Assembly (NCBI RefSeq): GCF_006345805.1 | Contig: NC_043012.1 | Location: forward strand, 6,076,001 to 6,140,000 | Direction of reading: 5' to 3' | DNA from: Octopus sinensis | Taxonomy: Eukaryota | DNA: 64,000 bases | Shown here: positions 53,502 through 64,000 of the stretch, piece after piece | Layout of the letters: every line of letters begins with the position of its first letter | How positions within the stretch are numbered: position 1 is the stretch's first letter | Translations under genes and position numbers: made by a program | The notes under the pieces: generated by a model | Seen by the model: the letters and a program-made list of their open reading frames with translations, nothing else | Databases searched by the model: none | What the model was told of the DNA's origin: nothing

Positions 53502-54404
53502 ATATATATATGTGTATATATGTATGTATATGTATATATGTAAGTATGTGCCTATACATACATGAGTGTGTGTGTGTGTGTGCATGTGTGGATGTGTCTT
53601 ATTCTTATCTTGTTTTGTCTTTTTGTCTATCTTTGTTTCTTTCTATTTTTTTTCTTAATTATTTATTTTCTATTTAATGTGAATTTTATTCACCAATCAC
53701 TGTAAATGTGTACATGTTTGTGTGTGTGTGTGTGTATGTGTGAGTGTGTGTGAGTGTGTGTGTGTGAGTGTGTGTGTTTGTGTGAGTGTGAGTGTGTGTT
53801 TGTGCATGTTTGTCTGTATGTGTGAATATATAGCCACATGCACATACACACACACACACTCACACACTCACACACACTCACACATACACACACACTCACA
53901 CACACACACTCAACACACACATACACACACTCACACCACCTACACACCTCACACACACCCATACACGCACTCAACACCACACACACACAACCACTCAACA
54001 CACACACACCACATCACACCCACACACTCACACACACACATACACACACTCACACACAACACACACTCACTCACACACACAACTCAACAATACACACATT
54101 TATATACGTATGCAAGCCTACAAGCTTTAGGTTTTAAGTAGTAAAGAATGTTTGTATCTCTCAGATTTTGAAAAGGCTTGCTGTATTCTTTATAATCTAT
54201 TACCCTCTCCCCCTTCTCCCTTACTCGGCCTGATCCCTTGTTTCCCCCACCCCCACCTCCAACACCTCCACAGCATCTAGCAAACCCCTCTGGCCGTTCA
54301 TTTGAATATTAAAGTTAGATTAAGAAGAACAAGAGGTGTGAGAGATTCCGCACCCCCACCTTGCACCCTCTTATTCGTCTGTACCTGTCACCAGTTATGT
54401 ACAG

Positions 54405-54441
<37 letters not shown>

Positions 54442-55229
54442 TAACATACATAAACACAGACAGTGACACACACACACACACCAACACGCATACACATACA
54501 GGCACACACTTAGACAAATATAAACATATACGAACATCCGCACGCAGACACACACTGAGATAAACCCACACAGTCAAAAACTTGAAAGTATACACACAAG
54601 CCAAACACAAATTAAATACGCATACATTCACATACACCACACACACACCACACACACACACGCACACACACTCAAAGTCTTAAAAGCAAGCACACAAATC
54701 AAATACATATATACACACATGCTTAATCAAATGTGCATGTATTCAAACATATATATACCCAAGTGCATACATACACACACACACACACCTCTTCCTACAC
54801 ACACCTCCCCACATACCTAATCTTCTCTCTCTCTCTCTCTCTCCCCCTCTTTCATTAACGGTAAAGCCGTTATGAAGACAAGAAGCTAGAAATAATTTAC
54901 ATTTAGCAGGAAGTTGTAAAAACTTTGGGGAACAACGTCAAAGGTGACACGCTGCCACAGGTCATCTAAGAGTCTGAGATAATGGTAAATTGATTGGCAT
55001 AATCCGTGTGGACAGCATTTGATGAAGATTTATTTAAAAAAAAAAGCGGATAAGGATTAAAAATTATTTCTTTTCTTTTGACCAAAAGAAAGATGGGAAT
55101 ACTTTATATATTGGTAATGAACTTGAAAGATATTTAGGTAATTTCTGACAATTTTTCATATTTCATCTGTCTGTCTGTCCTTCTGATTGTCTGTCCTTCT
55201 GTCTGTCTGTCTTTCATCAGTCGCTTTGT

Positions 55230-55298
<69 letters not shown>

Positions 55299-55359
55299 CA
55301 TCTGTGTATCTATCTATCTATCTATCTATCTATCTACCTATCTATCTATCTATCTATCT

Positions 55360-55414
<55 letters not shown>

Positions 55415-55656
55415 GTCTATCTGTCTGTCTGTCTGCCTATCTCTCTCTATCTATTTGTCTATGTGTTTATCAATCTGTCTGTCTGTCTATTCATCCATTC
55501 ATAACCATACATGCACATACATATATGCTCACACACACATAAACACACACAAACACACACACACTCACATGTATGATACACATGTGCATATCATACACCA
55601 GGGTTATTGACCCCCAGCTCACTATATGTTTGTGTATGTGTGTGTGTGCATATATG

Positions 55657-55688
<32 letters not shown>

Positions 55689-56188
55689 TACATACATATA
55701 CACACACACATATATATATATATACACAAATATACACACTTATGCACATACACGCACATTTAAAGTTATCAACTGGTTAATGTCATCCAAATGAACAATT
55801 TCCAAATTCTTTATTCGCATAGTACTACCAGTTTGTTATTGTTATGGAAAAGACTTCACCCCAAAGTCATCAGAGTAACCAAATTCCACTACATATATGT
55901 ACATAGGTGAATGGTCATTTACAGATTCATGTATTTATGTTTTTTTTCTCCGTCCATGGACTTTTATTCATTTTACTCTCTATTTTGTTATTTTCAATTC
56001 CAGGATTTGATATGTATGCAAATATATATATTATCTATCTATCTGTGTGTCTCTGTGTCTGCCTGCCTGTCTATATGTCTGTCTATCTATCTATCTATAT
56101 GTCTGTCTATCTATCTATCTATCTACCTATCCATCCATCCATCCATCCATCCATCCATCCATCCATCCATCCATCCATCCATCTATCC

Positions 56189-56247
<59 letters not shown>

Positions 56248-56611
56248 CTCTTTGTGCCACCTGGCACATAAGGCTTCCATGCTCATTTTCCATTTATTCC
56301 TCTGTTTTGCAATCTTTTTTTTTTGCCACATTCCATGATGACCATCCAGTTTGATTCCTTTCCTTCTCCACTGCCCTTCTCCATGTGGTTTTTGGTCTAC
56401 CAACTTTTCCAATTGCCAATATTTAAAATTTGTTTGGGTTTTGCAAGTGACTTTTTCAGTCGTTGGGTTTCCTTGTGGATTTCCTTGGGCCAAAGCCTCA
56501 AGGAAACCCAACGATGTTATCGTCATCTGGTACCTGTCAAATCTCAGTTTAAAGCCTGGTTTTATGTGGTATGAATATATATATATATACATGTACACAT
56601 GCACACATATA

Positions 56612-56659
<48 letters not shown>

Positions 56660-57010
56660 CACATTCACACATATATATTTTTTATATATATTAGATTTTT
56701 ATATATATATATATATTATATATATATATATATATAAATATATATTATATATATATATATATAATATATATTATATATATATATAAATATATATGTAGAA
56801 ATATATATTATATATTAGATATATAAATATATATAACTATATATTATATATATGTATATATATGTATATATATTTATATATATTGGATAATAAATCATAT
56901 GGTATATACACCTGGTAGTTTACTAGTAAAACACATTCATTTTCACAGTGTTTGTTGGGTATTTGATTAATGAGAGAGAGACAGAAGATGTAAAATGTGA
57001 GAATGTTTAT

Positions 57011-57120
57011 TAATCACTACAATTGTTTCGACTCATCTAGCATCAATCCTTCACAAGTGGCTCACTGAACAACTGGTCTAGGAGTATCCGACAGTGTAGA
57101 TGTGTCTCTTCAGGTGATTA
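57011..57120 (-). ncRNA. Type I hammerhead ribozyme with a fully intact core and an extended stem II
   Basis: Minus strand: TAATCAC-CTGAAGA-GACACATCTA-(57 nt)-TAGATGAGTC-GAAA-CAATTG-TA-GTGATTA. Stem I is a perfect 7 bp, stem II pairs 9/10 and closes with G-C, stem III is the palindrome ACAATTGT, and the site is GUA. Confidence 0.8.
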
Positions 57121-58256
57121 CAAGATTAAAATAATGACTGTTCTGCCAGATATCTTCTCAATATGTGTATAAAAAAGGAGCAAATTAATGGATACAGTTT
57201 CATTTTTATATAAGATCAATAATAAATAGGAGATGCAAAAGGTAAGAAATACACAATACAGCAAAAAAACCCCAAAAAACTATTAAACCTAACCGTTAAC
57301 AGATATGGATATATAATTTTTTTTTGCTCTGTTGTATATATACAGTGAATATCAGTTTGGTATAGGGGAAATGAAGGAAAGAAAATAGGAGTGGGTTGGT
57401 GTAGGGAGGTTACAAGGTACATCTGAGGTGTAGGAAGACAAATGGTATCATTTACAGCACCTGATTGTGTCCGTTCATCCATCCATCCATCCATCTGTTC
57501 ATCCATCCATCCGTCTGTCCATCCATCTGTCTGTCCATCCACCTGGCTGTTCATCCATCTATCCATCCAGCCATCCACCCACTCACCCTTTCATCCATCT
57601 GTCTGTTACTCGGTGTTTTAAATTCCCTGAGTATATTGTTTACACCACTTTACCTGGTCATGAAAAAAAAAAAAAAACCAGCCTCCAGTTTTATATTTTG
57701 TAGAGATGCTCAACAATTTATTATGAACAAACACATACAAGATGACTGCTTTATCTCATCAGATAATAGCTAATTCATTATTCATTTTTCAGTTAAGAGA
57801 GAAAAAAAATACAAGTTGGTGAGACATTTGTACGTCATTAGCGACATGTGCTTGTGTGCTAAATATATCCTTCTCTAAGCATCCATAATTAAACGAGCAG
57901 TGACCAGTAAGAGCAAGTTGACCATTACCATTTCAACCAGAAGCTGTATCAGAGGTTTTTCTCTTAGACTTTTCTAATGAAAGGATATTTACAATCCAAT
58001 AAAGGGGTTGATTTTGAAGTTTTCCGAAGTGGTTTTGTTGCACACCTTGCTGGAGCAATTTGAAAGAAAATGTATTGCTCAATGATGAAGTGCACTGCCG
58101 GGAATTGAACTCATGGCCTTACGATTGTGAGCAAAATGCCCTAACCACTAAACCATACACCTTCACTGGATATACAAACACATGTACATTTGTCTGTCTG
58201 TCAATTTGTCTTTTTATGTATGTATATATATATATGTATGTATATGTATGTATATA

Positions 58257-58293
<37 letters not shown>

Positions 58294-58414
58294 ACGTATG
58301 TATGTATGTCATTATTCAGTTATATTTCAAGATTTCTTGCCAACAGAGAAAGAGCTGGTTTCTAACCTAAATCCAAGGCCCCTTCATTGGAATTTCAACA
58401 TTAATAGCAGGGTA

Positions 58415-58630
58415 AGGCATCGAGCTGGCAGAATTGTTAGTACACCGGGGGAAATGCTTACAAGTATTTCATCTGTTTTCACATTCTGAGTTCAAATGCT
58501 GCCAGGGTCAACTTTGTCTTTCATCCTTTTGGGTCAATAAATTAAGTACCGGTGAAACACTGGGGTCGATGTAATCGACTTACCCCTCCCCCCTAATTTC
58601 AGACCTTGTGCTTATAGCAGAAAGGAACAT
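58415..58630 (+). mobile_element. SINE family B copy
   Basis: TAAGGCATCGAGCTGGCAGAATTGTTAG...GAGTTCAAATGC...AAGTACCGG. Confidence 0.8.
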
Positions 58631-59230
58631 CAACAGCAGAGTATTTTGTATGTATATGCACAGATTTGTGTGTTTTGTTTCATGTATGTCTTCTCATGCA
58701 TATATTTGCATATTTAAACATACTCATATATACTTAAATGATAAACTTCTGGAAAGTTTTACAGATGTTCACAGTTCCAGTGATGGCTTGGATCTGTAGT
58801 CTTCAAATCAGTTTTCTCCTTTCTGGTTTTGAGAAGCCCAATTTCTCAAGATTGGTATTTAGGCAGTGCGTTATGTATCCCAGGGCCCCAATAATTACAG
58901 GTATAAACCTGAACTTGTAACCTGGATAGTATGCATGTATGCATGTGTGTGTGTATGTGTGTACGTGTGTGTGCATATATGTGTGTATGTATGTATGTGT
59001 GTGTGTTTGTCTGTGTTTGTGTGTATGTATGTTTGTGTAGTATATATGTGTGTGTGTATGACTGAAGGAAGGAAGGAATGTTTGTGTGGGTAAGGCTCTA
59101 GCTTCTTAACCATGTAAACTTGGGTTTTACCCCATTGCATAGCACCTTGGGCAAGTGTCTTCTATAGCATCTGACTGACCAAAGTCTTGTGAGTAGATTT
59201 GTTAGACGTAAACTGAAAGAAGCCCATGTG

Positions 59231-59268
<38 letters not shown>

Positions 59269-60370
59269 TGCACCATCTTAATTTAATTGGTCCTTAGTCG
59301 AAAGACACCTGTTGTTAATGTCCTGTTATTTGCAATTGCATTTGTGTAACATTTCTCTGTTTTTTCCCATCCTTGTTTTTGTATTCATTCACTGCTTTCT
59401 TCCAAGGAATCTAGTGCTCTTAGCTTAGTTTTCTCTTGGAGCTGGCCAGATTGGAGCAATCTCGAGTATAACCAGTTGAAATTGCAAAGATAATATAGAA
59501 ATTGACTGAAGAAAGAAAACTCTGAATAACCCGTCCTTGTTTTTTCTTGTCTCTTTTTTGTATCATCTAACTGTCTGGATGTTTTGCATTCTTGTCCCAT
59601 GTTTTTGTATTCCTTTATACATATATATATATATATTTGTGTGTCTTGACATCATATGATGGTTGCAAATGAGAATCATCTTCATAAAAGTGATTTCTTG
59701 TAGTCCAGTCATCCATGGATAAATATTTCTGGCTATTGAGGAAATGCCACCTTGCTTGGAAATAGGTGAGGGTTGGGGGCAGGAAAGGGCATCCGATCAT
59801 AGAAAAATCTACCTCAACAAAATTCTGTCTGACTCTCATGCAAGCATAGAAAAGTAGACGTAAAAATTATGATGATTGATGATATGACAGGCTTCTTTCA
59901 GTTTCCGTTTGCCAACACGGAAGCTGTGTAAGAAAAATCAATAATAGTCTTCCTTGTACCTGTCTGGTGCCATGCCAGTTATTTGTTGGGTGGAATAAAT
60001 GTTACGCAAAAATGAGTTTGGTGAAAATAATGATGAGTGTGAAGATGATGATGATGATGATGATGATGATGTAGAAGTGATAAATTCTGACCATGATGAT
60101 GATGATGATGATGATGATGATAGGAATGTTTATGGTGATGCCTCTGCAGTTGCTGATGTCAATGATGATGGTGTCCATGATGATGATGTTAATAACTACT
60201 ATAAATAAAAAAGAAAACAACCTAATTTAGTTATTATTTTTCTTCATCACTATTTTTATTTGGTTTTTCTAATTTTAATATAGCCACACTGCTGGACAGT
60301 TGCTACGGTAACAGCCATGTCTGGTCAGAACTAGTTTTATATCATGGAATAAATTAAGTGATAATGATGT

Positions 60371-60403
<33 letters not shown>

Positions 60404-60797
60404 CGATGATGACAGCCAGAAATAACTAAAAGAACATCAAATTAGTTATTTTGTTTCCCAATCTTCCAGTTTACACTGACTTTTTTTTTACTATTTTTTT
60501 TTTTGAATTTAAAAACAGGAAGTAAACCTAACAGACTTGAAACTTTCGGACTATTAATATCTTATTTCCTGTATTCCTGCTGTACTACGTCTCAGCAAAT
60601 TCACTTAATTAAGCTAAGTGGGGTAATTAAGTTGTAAAGAACTTTGAAAGTCTGTGAGTAGGAATACTGGTTTAGATTTGGAAACCAAGTCCAGGGATAA
60701 GAGTATGCTTAGAGTGTGTGTTATCTATAAGGAGTTTTGAAAACATCTTTTGAACAGAAGGAAAAAATCTGATGAAGGACTCAATATAGGTGTAGAA

Positions 60798-61427
60798 GCA
60801 TGGTGGTCTAATGATATGTATGATGGTCTAATGAAGTGCATGATTGTCCAATGAAGTGCATGATGGTCTAATGAAGTGCATGGTGGTCTAATGACGTGCA
60901 TGGTCGTCTAATGACATGCACAGTGGTCTAATAAGGTGCATGGTGGTCTAATGACATGCATGGTGGTCTGATGAAGTGTATGGTGGTCTAATGAAGTGCA
61001 TGGTGGTCTAATAACGTGCATGGTGGTCTAATGACATGCACAATGGTCTAATAAGGTGCATGGTGGTCTAATGACGTGCATGGTGGTCTGATGAAGTGCA
61101 TGGTGGTCTAATTACGTACACGGTGGTCTAATGAAGTGTATGGTGGTCTAATGAAATGCAGGTGGTCTAATGAAGTGTATGGTGGTCTAATGAAGTGCAT
61201 GATGGTCTAATGAAGCACATGGTGGTCTACTGATGTGCATGGTGGTCTAATGAAATGCAGGTGGTCTAATGAAGTGCATGATTGTCCAATGAAGTGCATG
61301 GTGGTCTAATGAAGTGCATGTTGGTCTAATGAAGTACATGGTGGTCTAATGAAGTGCATGATGGTCTAATGAAGTGCATGTTGGTCTAATGAAGCACATG
61401 GTGGTCTACTGATGTGCATGGTGGTCA
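60798..61427. repeat. 20-bp minisatellite (GCATGGTGGTCTAATGAAGT), ~31 units
   Basis: Direct reiteration with a 20-bp period. Confidence 0.95.
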
Positions 61428-61480
61428 TGACTTCCTAGTTTTGGTGGCAATGGTTTACCTGTCTGATGAGCTGCTGCTGG

Positions 61481-61722
61481 CACTAGCATAGCTAGAGGGG
61501 GATGGACAGGGCAGTCTGCCCTGGGCAGCACCACTTTTGGGTCTGCTGTAGGCTATAAGTCTGTAAGGGCTGTATTGAAATCAAATAATAGTAGTTTTAA
61601 TGTTGGGTCATGGACACTACTCAGTCAATATAGTTACAGTGCAATATGATTTTTCTTTTGGGAATCTGGGGATGGCAAACTGGAGGGCAGCCCTGGGTAC
61701 TGGTGAAGTACCTACACCACTG
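61481..61722. mobile_element. Decayed hAT-type MITE, 242 bp
   Basis: 8-bp TSD GCTGCTGG / GCTACTGG (7/8). The ends CACTAGCATAGCT and rc CAGTGGTGTAGGT match at 8/13. Confidence 0.6.
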
Positions 61723-61729
61723 GCTACTG

Positions 61730-61886
61730 GTGAAGTGTTAGGGTTCTCCTGATGCTCAGGACTCTTGGACTAGCTGCGAAGAAGAGAAAAGATATTACCA
61801 GACAATTGTCAGAAGCTGCTGAGAAAATAAGCCATTACATCTGGCTCAAGGGAGAGGACAAATGGTGCTGCAGGAATGAGCATTGA
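61730..61886 (+). pseudogene. Hero/R2-like non-LTR retroelement C-terminal remnant
   Basis: 61752-61886 reads MLRTLGLAAKKRKDITRQLSEAAEKISHYIWLKGEDKW, resembling the EAAEKAS.WIWLKR C-terminus after the REL domain. Confidence 0.55.
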
Positions 61887-62879
61887 GGATGGTAGAAACA
61901 GCTGGCACAGAATCGCAATATCTGACCCAACTAAGCTCATGCTCTTGTGTGGGAGTTTTATTGTCTATATTAGTTGGTGGCCCCAGGCAATGCTGGTATC
62001 ATGATGGAAGGGGCCAAAACACCCACGGAGGGGTGCTTCACTGCCTCATGAAACCTCAACTCTTGCATTCATAGACGGAGTACAACATCACCCTCAGCAC
62101 AACACAAGTGTCTACCCTAAATGAGTGTGTATGTGTGTGTGTGTGTGTGTGTGTGTCTGCATGTGTTTCGCCTGTTTCTATCTGAACAAAACTGCATCAG
62201 TGTTTACATTCCTTCTTGATATTACATCAAGCTTTTGCTCCTTTGAAGACCCATGGAATATATAAATCCATTACCTGAAAAACAGGTGAAGATTAAGTGG
62301 TAGAAAGAATATCTGGTCATAAAATCTTGCCTTAAAGTCAGTTCCCTTCCAAACTATGCTAGCATAGAAAATAATGGATGTCAAAGGAATGATCAAATGA
62401 TATCTATCTATCTGTCTATCGTCAACTTTTTCAAGTATCACTTGAAAAGGAAGGTGAGAGTAGAGAGGCAAGTTTTATCTAGCGAATGTTTCAAAAAAAA
62501 AAAAAGATGGGTGACTGTAGCAAGGATTGCACATGTGAATGACAAAGCCACCTTGATCATGATCCTATGAACCTGAAAAAAACAAAAAAAAAGTTAAAAC
62601 AAAGAGTTACTCACTTGTAAATAAATATGTTATTATGTAACATTATTGCCCGAGGTTACTGTGGTCTTTTCGTAGGTTTTTCTTTCCACAGATAAACCTC
62701 CCCATTTTTTGGGAACTTGTTGTATTACTTCGACTTTTTTTTTTGTATATCCCAAACAATTTCGATCCCTTTTGATCGTTGTCCCTAATTTTGTTTTGTT
62801 TTGCCCCCCCCACCTCGTAAAGAAAAACTCTACATTGTATTTGTCCCCTCTATGTTCAGCCCTGTGTGGCCAATAAAGA

Positions 62880-62958
62880 AAATTATCTATCTATCTATCT
62901 CTTTCTCCACCTCTCTCTCTCTATCTCTCCTTATCTATCTATCTATCTGTCTCTCCCA

Positions 62959-63015
<57 letters not shown>

Positions 63016-63025
63016 CCTATCTATA

Positions 63026-63058
<33 letters not shown>

Positions 63059-63187
63059 CCATCTCTCTCTCTCTATCTATCTATATATCTATCTCTCCTT
63101 ATCTCTATCTATCTATCTATCTGTCTATCTATCCATCTATCCATCTATCTATCTAAATATCTTTCTCTCTGTCTGTCCGTCCGTCCG

Positions 63188-63257
<70 letters not shown>

Positions 63258-63420
63258 CATCCATCCATCCATCCATCCATCCATCTATCTATCTATCTAT
63301 CTATCCATCTTTCTCTCTCCATCTCTCTCACTCTCTCGTCTCTCTCATCCTGTCTCTCTCTCTCTCTATCTTCCTCCTCTCTATATCCGTTTGTTTTTCT
63401 GTCTATATCTAATATAATGA
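62880..63420. repeat. (ATCT)n/(ATCC)n microsatellite field; comparable fields at 15010-15480, 23240-23680, 30440-30900, 40440-41310, 43060-43790, 53710-54110, 55190-55500 and 56030-56900
   Basis: Direct inspection. Confidence 0.95.
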
Positions 63421-64000
63421 TTATATAATTGGACTAACCAAACAATCCAGACCACCATCCTCCACCACCACCACCACCACCACCACCACCACCACCACCA
63501 TCCTCCACCTTTACCTCTACAGTTCTACAGTTCTGTCCCATAATCCACCTGTCAGTTAGTCAATCATTAGCCACAACTAGAACATTCTTGATTAGACTAA
63601 TATAATACTTTTGAAAGTCAACAGGAATATTTTAGACACAACGTGTGACAACTAGTTTCACTAATTACTTCTACCATTTCTTCCTTCTCTCTCTCTCTCT
63701 CTCTCTCTTCCTCCTTCCATCTCTCTTTCTACTTTTCTTCTTTCTGAGATTCTCTATTCTTCTTTCTTTTTCTCCTTGTTTCTCACTCTCACTCATCCTG
63801 TGACTGTATGTCTGTCCAGCTCTTCATCTGTCTGTCTGTCTTTTCCTCTATGTCTGTTGGTCTGTCTATGTCTGTCTGTTTGTCACTGTTCTTCTGTCTG
63901 TCTTTCTATGTCTCTGTGTCTGTCTTTCTCTCTGTCAGTTTGTCTGTTTGTCTGTCTTTCTCTGTCAGTCTGTCTGTCTCTGCTAGTCTGTATATCTGCC

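Noticed and set aside
59500-59540. CTGAAGA...GAATA motif in the unclassified repeat (and CTGAGGA at ~41662-41668, minus strand)
   Set aside because: GAAA, stem III and stem I cannot be assembled in either copy.
60798-61427. CRISPR-like array
   Set aside because: The units are contiguous with no unique spacers, there are no cas genes, and the context is eukaryotic.

Overview
This is repeat-saturated, AT-rich eukaryotic DNA with no supportable protein-coding gene. It is probably intergenic or intronic octopus/coleoid cephalopod sequence, inferred from the SINE/LINE families and the extreme microsatellite load. Nearly all ORFs in the supplied track are translations of microsatellites or of repeats. 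The window holds a 3.5-kb decayed RTE-clade LINE (endonuclease plus RT, minus strand), a second RT-bearing RTE copy, and many RTE 3' tails, several with tandemly multiplied 3'-UTR modules. It also holds at least three tRNA-derived SINE families, remnants of Penelope (GIY-YIG), R4/Dong-like and Hero/R2-like retroelements, TIR-defined MITEs (Tc1/mariner, pogo-like, hAT, piggyBac-like), a fold-back mariner derivative, two minisatellites and a 100-N gap. The most notable signal is a set of type I hammerhead ribozyme (HHR) motifs in two architectures. Four copies of a ~200-bp non-coding element carry a minimal HHR (2.9, 24.7, 39.4 and 41.4 kb). A second group has an extended stem II and a palindromic stem III: fully intact at 57011-57120 (-), and variably decayed at 42447-42533, 21771-21851 and 13831-13924. 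All folds were worked out by eye and none has been tested.
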